The position numbers and the translations under genes were made by a program. The notes under the pieces are model-generated. The model was given only the letters and a program-made list of their open reading frames with translations. It was not told where the DNA came from and ran no database searches. A DNA stretch of 64,000 bases, taken from NCBI GenBank assembly GCA_030141605.1, contig JAQGDQ010000727.1:42886-106885 (forward strand). The letters run 5' to 3'. This stretch comes from Tubiluchus corallicola (lineage: Eukaryota > Animalia > Priapulida). This document shows positions 55,548 through 63,314 of the stretch, in pieces (positions within the stretch are counted from its first letter, which is position 1; the number at the start of each line of letters is the position of its first letter).

Positions 55548-57779
55548 CTACTTCTCCAATAGTTCTATTCTTTTAAGTAGTTGCTCTATCTGGGTTTGCT
55601 GTTCTTGTGCCTGCGTTTGTTGTTTTTCCATCAGTGCTTGTTGTTGCTCTATTTGTGTTTGTTGTTCTTGTATTTGGGTTTGCTGTGCTTGTGCCTGTGT
55701 TTGTTGTTGTTTGGTGGCATTTACTAGTGTGTATAGTAGTGTGTTTCCTCCATCATAGATATATAGTTCGGTGTCTTCGGTGTCGGTGTCGTTGAGTTTT
55801 GTTTTTACCTTTTCGAACATATGTGGGGCGTGTTCGTAAAGCTCTTGTGCTATTATGCCTGTGTGGGTTTTGCCATCGGCTTTATGCCCTGCTTTGCCGT
55901 TGTATTTGAAGTTGACGGGGTTGATGTTTTCAATAATCTCTAACCCATCAGCAAAGGGTTGTATGTCCTTTTTAAGGCGTTGGTCGGAGTATGTAGCCCA
56001 GCTTCCTCCTCCTGATTTGGAGGCGTTGCCGTTTACAGATAGTTTTTGGTTGGGTGAGCTAGTGCCTATACCTACGTTGCCATCTGTGTAAAACGAAAGT
56101 TGATTGTGTACCCCGTCTACAACTTTGCGAAGGTTTTTCGTTGCAGAGGTATTAGGAGTTGTGCCTTTACTATTGGTGGATGATACTGTTCCTTCAGTAA
56201 TGCTAATACTGTCTTCTCCTGCTTCGTTTCCATTATACAGCTGCGATGATGATTTGTAACAATAAGTAGTACCACCCAACAACCATACAATAACTCCTGT
56301 GCCTCGTTCTTCTGTAGCTACATAAGCAACAAGGTCATACGTTCCTGCACAAGTATGTTGATTATGTCTTTGGTATAGATAGTTGATAAAGGGATTCTTA
56401 TTGTCCCAAGAAGAAGTGTCTGCATATATTTCGAAGGTAAAAGCTCCCCGCCGATAAGCATCTGTATGCACACCATCTCTATATAGTCTTATGTTTTGGA
56501 TGCATTGCGACTCTCCTTTGAATATTACGGGGTAGTAGGTATTGGTAGAGCCACCTACTTTGAACTCACCGGTGTATTTGTACATTACGTTGTTGGCTAT
56601 TGCATCTCCTTCTACGTGTAGTTTGGCTTGTGGGTCGGTGGTGCCTATGCCTATGTTGCCACTATTGGCGTTGTGTATGTCGTTGCCTGATACTGTCCAA
56701 CGGCTTTCTACATTTTGATTTACATCGTAAACTGCCTTGCTTGTAGCCAATGTGTTGCTGCTGTTTAGTGTAGTGCTATCGCTTTTGGCATTGGGTAGGT
56801 TACCAAGTCCTACTTGGGTTTTGGTTACTTGGTGGGGGTTGTCGGTTTTGTTCTTGTGTTCGTTGATGTTGTTGAGGTTGTCTGTTAGGTCGTCTGTCCA
56901 TTGGTAGGTGTCTTTCTCTTTTGCCGTGAGAACTTGTCCGGGGTTTCCTTTGCTGCCTAGGGCATCTACTATGCTTTCCGACTGCATTGCTCCGTGTATC
57001 AAGGTGTCTGTGCCTATTTCTACTTCTGAGGGGACGTTGTATTTGTAAACTACTTTTTGTGTGTCGTCTAATACCCAATGATTTTTACCATCCCAATAGC
57101 CGTCGCGTATATCGGTGGTCTCGCCGGCTGTGGTGAAGCTAAATCCTGTGTATGTTCCTGAGGTGTCGTATTGATGCACTGATTGGCTGTTTTCTCCTAT
57201 TATCCAATGGTTTGCACCGTCCCAGTAGCCGCCTTGGGCGGAGCTGGTTTCATTGGAGGTGTCAAATGATGTGTTGGTGTAGTTGCCTGAGCTGTCGTAT
57301 TTGTATACTACGTTGGTGGCACTTATTATCCAGTGATGGCTGCCGTCAAAGTAGCCTCCTTGGGGAGAGGTGGTCTGGTTGGTTAGGTCGAAGGAGGTAC
57401 CAGTGTAAAGACCTGAGGAGTATTTGTAGACTTTGTTCTCTCCGCTTATTATCCAGTGATGGCTGCCGTCGAAGTAGCCTCCTTGGGGGGAGGTGGTTTC
57501 TGTGGATACGCTAAAGGAGGTGCCGGTGTAGGTGTTGTCTGTGTTGTAACGGTATACTTTGTTGGTGGTGTCGTCTACTATCCATAGGCTTACGTCGTCG
57601 CAGTATATGGCTTGCGGGGAGGTGGCTTCGTTGGAAATGCTAAAGGATTGATTGTTGTAGGAGATTTGGCCTACTTTGAGTTTTAATACGTCGTTTTCCC
57701 CTATATGCACGTTGTTGGGTGCGGTGGGTGTAGTTGTGTTGAAGGCTCCGTTGCCTTCTTGGTAAGAATTGGTTGTCAT
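55548..57779 (-). CDS. beta-propeller repeat / tail-fibre protein B with intramolecular chaperone (peptidase S74-like) domain
   Basis: N-terminal ~296 aa shared with protein A, then NPHQVTKTQVGLGN fibre motif, two GN(I/V)GIGT..P..KL.V.G repeats, YSDQRLKKDI auto-cleavage motif, GIIAQEL and a Gln-rich coiled coil. Confidence 0.82.
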   Translation of the reverse strand: MTTNSYQEGNGAFNTTTPTAPNNVHIGENDVLKLKVGQISYNNQSFSISNEATSPQAIYCDDVSLWIVDDTTNKVYRYNTDNTYTGTSFSVSTETTSPQGGYFDGSHHWIISGENKVYKYSSGLYTGTSFDLTNQTTSPQGGYFDGSHHWIISATNVVYKYDSSGNYTNTSFDTSNETSSAQGGYWDGANHWIIGENSQSVHQYDTSGTYTGFSFTTAGETTDIRDGYWDGKNHWVLDDTQKVVYKYNVPSEVEIGTDTLIHGAMQSESIVDALGSKGNPGQVLTAKEKDTYQWTDDLTDNLNNINEHKNKTDNPHQVTKTQVGLGNLPNAKSDSTTLNSSNTLATSKAVYDVNQNVESRWTVSGNDIHNANSGNIGIGTTDPQAKLHVEGDAIANNVMYKYTGEFKVGGSTNTYYPVIFKGESQCIQNIRLYRDGVHTDAYRRGAFTFEIYADTSSWDNKNPFINYLYQRHNQHTCAGTYDLVAYVATEERGTGVIVWLLGGTTYCYKSSSQLYNGNEAGEDSISITEGTVSSTNSKGTTPNTSATKNLRKVVDGVHNQLSFYTDGNVGIGTSSPNQKLSVNGNASKSGGGSWATYSDQRLKKDIQPFADGLEIIENINPVNFKYNGKAGHKADGKTHTGIIAQELYEHAPHMFEKVKTKLNDTDTEDTELYIYDGGNTLLYTLVNATKQQQTQAQAQQTQIQEQQTQIEQQQALMEKQQTQAQEQQTQIEQLLKRIELLEK

Positions 57780-57883
57780 AGTTTTTTAGTTTTTAATAGT
57801 TATTGATGTTGTTTTACTTGTTTAAATGCTTTTTCTTTATGCTCTTTGGCTTGACCCAAAGAACCAAAGGTCAAGCCTGTAAA
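56893..57883. repeat. ~990-bp direct repeat, copy 2
   Basis: Partner of 54147-55137. Confidence 0.92.
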
Positions 57884-58052
57884 GGCTCTTTTCTTCTTCT
57901 CCTTTGTATCAAGACAAAAGAGAAGAATTTTTATCTTTTAGTTTTTCTCTTTTCTCTTTCATCTTCTATCTTTTATCTTTCCTTTAAGGGCGGTCGTATT
58001 CTGCTACGCAGAATTTTTGATTTTTAACTTACTCCTAAACTGTTTTAGATTG

Positions 58053-58289
58053 TTATATTTCGGGGAAATCTATTTCTCGTTTTAATTGCTGTAGGTCTAT
58101 GCCTCGTTTTTTTAATTGTAATGCGGCAGGTATGGTCAAATACCTATAAAAGGTAGATAGTGAAATGTGGTAGATAGGGTTGATGTGCTGGCGGTATACC
58201 TCTGCATTACTCAAGCCTATTTTGTTCCAGTATTTATAGCTTTCTTGTATCTTATAAGCCCTTTTTAGCATATTGAGGTTGTTGTACAT
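58053..58289 (-). CDS. small phage protein, HTH-like
   Basis: GLSNAEVYRQHINPIYHISLSTFYRYL resembles small HTH proteins found in Bacteroidota Mu-like prophages. Confidence 0.7.
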   Translation of the reverse strand: MYNNLNMLKRAYKIQESYKYWNKIGLSNAEVYRQHINPIYHISLSTFYRYLTIPAALQLKKRGIDLQQLKREIDFPEI

Positions 58290-58414
58290 ATTTATTCTGA
58301 AGAGTATAAAAAATTTACTGGCTTTACGAACATACGCAAAAGCATTGGGAAGTTTGTTTTTTTTGTATAGTTGCTTGGGGTGGCAATTTCATTAGGCTTT
58401 TTTTGTGTTTAAAC

Positions 58415-58846
58415 TTAGTTTAAACATACTTTTAATAGTCGTTTTTTTACATTTGTGGTGCGTTTTATGGCTTTGAATTGAGCAATGAGTTTTTGTAATT
58501 CTTTGAGGTTGTATTGAGCAAGGGGTTTTTTGCAGGTGCTTTTATGTAACATAAATTTGTTGAACCTTTCGTAGTCACCTTCTTTAAGCTCGGGATAATA
58601 GGTGGAAGTGGCTATGGCCAATACTTTGCTACGTAACTTTTTGAGTGTTTTGTTTTTCTGAGTGTGTTTTATCTGCTCTTCTAAGCCTTCTACGATGTTT
58701 TGTAGATCTTCTTCTGTGAGTTGTTTGAGACTTTCCACTCCGTAATCTTCTTTTATAGCATCTTTCACTATCTGACAGTATTCTCCGCTGCCTATAATGG
58801 CGTGAAATTGTTTGATAAGTTGTTTTTGTCTGGGGGTTGTTTTCAT
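58415..58846 (-). CDS. Mu GemA/gp16 (DUF1018)-like regulatory protein
   Basis: QFHAII...YGVESLKQLTEEDL...KLRSKVL...FNKFM...L.ELQKLI.QF pattern and Mu early-region context. Start placed at ATG 58846. Confidence 0.65.
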   Translation of the reverse strand: MKTTPRQKQLIKQFHAIIGSGEYCQIVKDAIKEDYGVESLKQLTEEDLQNIVEGLEEQIKHTQKNKTLKKLRSKVLAIATSTYYPELKEGDYERFNKFMLHKSTCKKPLAQYNLKELQKLIAQFKAIKRTTNVKKRLLKVCLN

Positions 58847-59005
58847 TTTTATGTTCTTTTTTTTATGCTTTTTTTGTTCTTTGCCCTTGATACAACCAAA
58901 CGTGGCAAGCTCACGAGCACCGCTGAAAGTGAAATATAATGAGCAAAGAATCAAAAATCAAAACTGCTGCGCAGAATTTTTGGTTTTTCAAAGTCTTATA
59001 ATTTG

Positions 59006-59086
59006 TGCAGTAGGCAAGAATCGAACCTGCGATGCCTCTCTTGTTTTTATTATTTCATAGAGGTCTTATACCACCATTGCTACTGC
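59006..59086 (-). ncRNA. tRNA-like element with expanded anticodon loop (pseudo-tRNA?)
   Basis: Minus strand: acceptor GCAGTAG/CTACTGC+A, T arm GCAGG-TTCGATT-CTTGC, and stem CCTCT/AGAGG enclosing a 19-nt A-rich loop. D arm is degenerate. Confidence 0.6.
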
Positions 59087-59101
59087 TAATAATAATTAGT
59101 A

Positions 59102-59725
59102 CTAAATGTTAGAAAAGTTGAGCTCTATGTTACGATACTCTCCTATCTTGTTTTTTGCCCACAGACGTAAATACTGCTTGCTCCTCACTACCCTTATGGC
59201 TTTTTCTATGAGGTCTAAGGCTTGGTGAAAATGTGGGTTGTCGATTCTGGAGCGATAACGTAGTAATGCGGTTACCTTCTTGACGTCGAGCTTGCCACGT
59301 GAGGTCTCAAAGGCGTTCATTACTAGTTGTTTGACCACCTCGTTGTCGCTGCTTATGTTGTTGCTGATAAAACTGTTTAGTAGTTGCTTGGCTTGAGCTA
59401 TAAGATTGTCGTCGAAGTCTTGTCGGTCGTTGATGTTGAGTTCTAGTTTTATATCTCTATTGAATGAGTAAAGCGTAAAGTTGCCTTTGCGATTTTGGGT
59501 GTTGACACCATTGTCCGTCATTTCTTCTAAATACATATTGTGACTTGCATCCATTGCATATATTTTAAAATCGCTTAGTCTTTCGGACAGCTGTTGGGCT
59601 TCCTTTATCAGTTTGGCGAGAAGACGTTCTTTTTTCTTCTCACTGGGCGTTACACGTTTGGTGGGAATGGCGTTACCTTGCTCATCTGTCCACGTTTTTT
59701 CTTTAATAGTGTGTAGTTTAATCAT
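59102..59725 (-). CDS. DUF3164-family Mu-like phage protein
   Basis: WTDEQGNAIP, KGNFTLYSFN, FDDNL..AK.L, V..AF...GKLD and W-like ALDLI..A...SKQYLR...IELNFS pattern. Confidence 0.8.
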   Translation of the reverse strand: MIKLHTIKEKTWTDEQGNAIPTKRVTPSEKKKERLLAKLIKEAQQLSERLSDFKIYAMDASHNMYLEEMTDNGVNTQNRKGNFTLYSFNRDIKLELNINDRQDFDDNLIAQAKQLLNSFISNNISSDNEVVKQLVMNAFETSRGKLDVKKVTALLRYRSRIDNPHFHQALDLIEKAIRVVRSKQYLRLWAKNKIGEYRNIELNFSNI

Positions 59726-59865
59726 AATAGTTTTATTTTTTTAAGGTATGATTGAGCTCGCAAGCTCGGTTAATCATAATAGTTTTATTTTTTTAAGGTA
59801 TGATTGAGCTCGCAAGCTCGGTTAATCATAATAGTTTTATTTTTTTAAGGTATGATTGAGCTCGC
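59718..59865. repeat. 52-bp tandem repeat (~2.8 copies) spanning the DUF3164 start
   Basis: AATCATAATAG recurs at 59720, 59772 and 59824; unit TTAATCATAATAGTTTTATTTTTTTAAGGTATGATTGAGCTCGCAAGCTCGG. Confidence 0.93.
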
Positions 59866-60059
59866 TTTGTTTCTTTACGCTCTTTTGTCTTGATACAATT
59901 CTTTCTCTCCTTTACTCATTATTTTTTCTTTTCAATGGTGCTCGTGGACTCACTTTGCTTGGTTGTCTTGATACAATTCTTTTGTTCTTTGGCTTGACCC
60001 AAAGGAGCCAACCAAGCGTAGCGAGCTCGCGAACTCCTTTGAAAGCAAAGTTTGTGAGC

Positions 60060-60234
60060 AAAAAATCAAGCCTGATTTTAAATTTCTGAACTTCTACTCT
60101 TCGCTACTCTAAAATGGGCTAAACTCGTTCGCTCAATAATTCGCTCTCTCAAACAAAGCCCATTTTTACGTTTCGCTGCGTTTGAAGTTTTACGAAATTT
60201 AAAATAGGGCGGTTGTATTCTGCTGCGCAGAATT
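60060..60234. repeat. 175-bp palindromic repeat, copy 2
   Basis: Differs from copy 1 at only about two positions by eye. Confidence 0.95.
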
Positions 60235-60311
60235 TTAATTTCGCTGTTTTTCTATCAAAATCATTTAAGAGCTCTCGTTTTTGCTGCGTAGAATTAGTAG
60301 TTTTTTTGCCT

Positions 60312-60347
60312 TCCCCCACCCTTCGTGAGGAGGGTGTAGTGGGGGGA
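60312..60347 (-). terminator. GC-rich hairpin downstream of the LVIVD gene
   Basis: TCCCCCACCCT...AGGGTGTAGTGGGGGGA imperfect stem. Confidence 0.4.
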
Positions 60348-60387
60348 CAAATTTTTCTTTTAGGGGTGTTTGCTGTGTTATATTTCC

Positions 60388-61623
60388 CTATAATTCACCT
60401 ATATGTTCTGAATCGTCTGTGTCGTCCGTATTTTCTGTATTATTTTCACACTGTTTTTCTCTTAGGTAGTAGTTGTCGTCTATCAGTTCCCATATTTCGC
60501 CATTGTTATTGCTGTGTAGTACTCTTCCGTTGAAGGTTTCGGGTGTTAGGGTTTCGTTTACTTCTATAGTGTTGTCGTCTACTACTTTTTTTATGGTGTA
60601 TTCTCCATTGTTTTGGCAGCTGTGCTCTATTCTTATTTTTTTATCTGCTACTTGTAGCTTGCCTAGTATGTTGTTGGCATTGTTATCTATTATCTGATTG
60701 CCTGTGTTTAAGTCCCATACGGTTACTCCTGCTTCTCCTATTGAGGTATCATTTGATGATACGTATGCTTTATCTCCTTTAATCCATAAGCCAAAAGGAT
60801 TAATAAGCACCCCCTTTCCAAATTCTTCGTCAGTAAGTCTTATAGGATTGGTAGGGTTGCTTATGTCCCATACGTTTACCAATTCTGATTCTTTGTTTAC
60901 TACGTAGGCTTTGCTATTTGCTATCCTTATTACTACTGGTTCATCTAACACTCCACTTCCAAATTCTTCGTCAGTAAGTCTTGTAGGATTGGTAGGGTTG
61001 GATAAATCCCATACGGTTACACGGCTTAAGTTGTGGTCTGTTATATACAATTTATTTCCTTCTTTGAACATACGAGTTGCAGCGTTAAATACTCCTTGTC
61101 CAAATTCTTGGTTGGTTTGTCTTACAGGGTTGGTGGGGTTGGATACATCCCATACAGTCATATGTTCATATTTACCAGTTAGATATAGAGTATCTCCATC
61201 CTTCCATATTCCTCCTGGGACGAGTAGGCTTATTTCTTGATTGGTTTGTCTAGTAGGATTTTTAGGGTCTGATACATCCCATACCGTTACTTTACTAAGC
61301 CTAGAATCTGCTGCATAGATGGTATTGCCATCTTTCCAAATACTCCCTGATAAGCCTGTAAACACTCCCATCCCAAAATCTTCGTCCAGAAGTCGTACGG
61401 GGTTGGTGGGGTTGCTTATGTCCCACACACTTATAAAGTCTTGGATGTTAACTGATAGGTACATTTTATTACCCTCTATCCATAAGAATATAGGGTGTTC
61501 AATTCCACTATCTGCTATTGTTTCTTCAGGTATTAGAGTAGCACCACTACTATTGCTGTTTATAGTATAGTTGCTTTCTAATTGGTCAAGGAAATCGCCT
61601 TGTGTTACTGGTGTTGTTGCCAT
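60388..61623 (-). CDS. LVIVD-repeat beta-propeller protein
   Basis: Five (V/T)VWD(I/V/L)S(N/D)P(T/K)NP repeats plus a partial sixth; C-terminal NNGEYTIKKVVDDNTIEV segment; no signal peptide. Confidence 0.82.
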   Translation of the reverse strand: MATTPVTQGDFLDQLESNYTINSNSSGATLIPEETIADSGIEHPIFLWIEGNKMYLSVNIQDFISVWDISNPTNPVRLLDEDFGMGVFTGLSGSIWKDGNTIYAADSRLSKVTVWDVSDPKNPTRQTNQEISLLVPGGIWKDGDTLYLTGKYEHMTVWDVSNPTNPVRQTNQEFGQGVFNAATRMFKEGNKLYITDHNLSRVTVWDLSNPTNPTRLTDEEFGSGVLDEPVVIRIANSKAYVVNKESELVNVWDISNPTNPIRLTDEEFGKGVLINPFGLWIKGDKAYVSSNDTSIGEAGVTVWDLNTGNQIIDNNANNILGKLQVADKKIRIEHSCQNNGEYTIKKVVDDNTIEVNETLTPETFNGRVLHSNNNGEIWELIDDNYYLREKQCENNTENTDDTDDSEHIGEL

Positions 61624-61717
61624 AGTTTTTTAGTTTTTAATGGTTATTAATAGTTATTTTATGTTCTTTTTCTTCTTCTTTTTGTCAGTCAAAAAGAGCC
61701 AACCGAGTGTAGCGAGC

Positions 61718-61892
61718 AAAAAATCAAGCCTGATTTTAAATTTCTGAACTTCTACTCTTCGCTACTCTAAAATGTGCTAAACTCGTTCGCTCAATAATTC
61801 GCTCTCTCAAACAAAGCCCATTTTTACGTTTCGCTGCGTTTGAAGTTTTACGAAATTTAAAATAGGGCAGTTGTATTCTGCTACGTAGAATT
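61718..61892. repeat. 175-bp palindromic repeat, copy 3
   Basis: Near-identical to copies 1 and 2, with a few substitutions near the right end. Confidence 0.95.
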
Positions 61893-61944
61893 ATTGTCTT
61901 TTAACTTTTCTCTATTATCTATTATCTTTCATCTTTTCTCTCTT

Positions 61945-62193
61945 TTAGTTAATAATTGTAGCTATATATGTTCCTACAATTGCTCCGCTGGCGGCTCCTA
62001 AGGAGTATACTATACGCTGCAAATCGTTGTGCATAGCCATTCTCTTTATATTGATAGCCCACAAAAAACTAATGGAAAAAGAACATAGTCCTAAGCCTAT
62101 CCAATGGAGGTTGGCAATAAAGTAGATGTTGGCTGCCACAAACAATACTTGTAAAAAGGAGGTGGCAAATAGTTTAAGTAGTCTTTTATTCAT
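61945..62193 (-). CDS. small membrane protein (3 predicted TM), phage-associated
   Basis: Three hydrophobic segments; overlaps the upstream ORF by 8 nt. Confidence 0.7.
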   Translation of the reverse strand: MNKRLLKLFATSFLQVLFVAANIYFIANLHWIGLGLCSFSISFLWAINIKRMAMHNDLQRIVYSLGAASGAIVGTYIATIIN

Positions 62194-62368
62194 AGCTAAG
62201 TGATTTATAGTGTTGCCATTTGTTATAAGATTTGCTGTATTCGTTTATGGACTCCATCCACATTGCATCATTGTTTTTGTGGTAGTAATGGTGTATTTGT
62301 TCTTTCCACCTGTTGGTTAGGTATTTATAATAGATGCTTTTTAGTTTATTGAGGTGCTTTTTAATCAT
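62186..62368 (-). CDS. hypothetical protein
   Basis: ATG 26 nt after the ATPase stop, co-oriented and overlapping the next gene. Confidence 0.5.
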   Translation of the reverse strand: MIKKHLNKLKSIYYKYLTNRWKEQIHHYYHKNNDAMWMESINEYSKSYNKWQHYKSLSYE

Positions 62369-62394
62369 TGTTTTGAGGTTTGAGGTATTGTTTG

Positions 62395-63300
62395 TTATTT
62401 TATCAATTCGCGTTGTATCAATCGTTTTAGTCTTCTAATATCCTCTATCACTGTGATGGACTGGCCTTCTGCTAATAGTTTGGTCATCTTGGGTAGTTCT
62501 TTCCATATTTTGCGTATGGTTTCTTTGTGGCTTACTCCATTGGCTATGGCTATGTTTTTTACATCTTCATAGGTAGCTCCTATCAGCTTTTTATACACTC
62601 TACCAAATCTACTGTCTATTTCGTCGTAGCCTTTTTTGTTTAGCGAAACGTTTTTTTTTATTTGTTTTTCAAGGTTTTCGGTGCCGCTTATTAGTACTCC
62701 TAAGCGGTCTTCAAGTGCGTTGAATAGGGGTATTAATACTCGTAATGCTCTTGGTTTTAGCTTGTCTGCTTCGTCTATAATGAGTAGTGGTTTTTTTGTT
62801 TGTTGTTGAGAAAAGAAGTTAATTACCTTTTCTTGTAGGTTCTCTATGTCTGTGTATTTTTTGCCTATATCTATCACAAGTGTTGTGCATAGGTTGATTA
62901 AGAAATTGCGTGCTGCCCATTCTCCTGCTTGCATATAAAATACGCTGTTGGCTGCGTGCTTGTGAGCATAGTGTTTCAAGGCGGCTGTTTTTCCTGAGCC
63001 TGCTTTGTAGCTAATGGGGTTGAACCATTGGTGTTTTTTTGTGTTGTTCAGTTCCATTTTTATTATTTTGTAATTCAAGGTGTTTTCTATTACTTGCCAG
63101 CTATTGTCTTTCTTATAGCCTAATTTTTGTGCTACTTTCAACCACATAGAGTTGCTTATACTGTCCCATTTGCCGTTGAGCATATTGGATATGGTGGTTT
63201 TGCTTATGCTTGCTTTTTTTGATAGATGAGAGTAGTTGTTACCTGTCCTATTGGGGTAATCTTCTATCAACCTTAGTATTTGTGTTTTACTGAAATCCAT
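62395..63300 (-). CDS. MuB-like transposition AAA+ ATPase with N-terminal HTH
   Basis: HTH (YSHLSKKASISKTTISNMLNGKW), Walker A AGSGKT, Walker B LLIIDEAD and EIDSRFG; directly downstream of the transposase. Confidence 0.88.
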   Translation of the reverse strand: MDFSKTQILRLIEDYPNRTGNNYSHLSKKASISKTTISNMLNGKWDSISNSMWLKVAQKLGYKKDNSWQVIENTLNYKIIKMELNNTKKHQWFNPISYKAGSGKTAALKHYAHKHAANSVFYMQAGEWAARNFLINLCTTLVIDIGKKYTDIENLQEKVINFFSQQQTKKPLLIIDEADKLKPRALRVLIPLFNALEDRLGVLISGTENLEKQIKKNVSLNKKGYDEIDSRFGRVYKKLIGATYEDVKNIAIANGVSHKETIRKIWKELPKMTKLLAEGQSITVIEDIRRLKRLIQRELIK

Positions 63301-63314
63301 CTTTTTAATATTTT

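Noticed and set aside
53327-57779. Mu G-segment/shufflon invertible tail-fibre switch
   Set aside because: Both genes are complete and co-oriented, the repeats are direct, and no invertase is visible.
54147-57883. Diversity-generating retroelement TR/VR pair
   Set aside because: The repeat is ~1 kb, N-terminal and coding in both copies. Differences are not obviously adenine-restricted, and no reverse transcriptase is in the window.
59718-59865. Possible mini CRISPR array (regular palindromic repeats near a transposase/ATPase)
   Set aside because: Units are contiguous and identical with no unique spacers, and no cas genes are in the window.
55060-60533. Plus-strand short ORFs in the island (55060, 57803, 58812, 59856, 60213 and others)
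   Set aside because: They are translations of repeat DNA or antisense shadows of real minus-strand genes.
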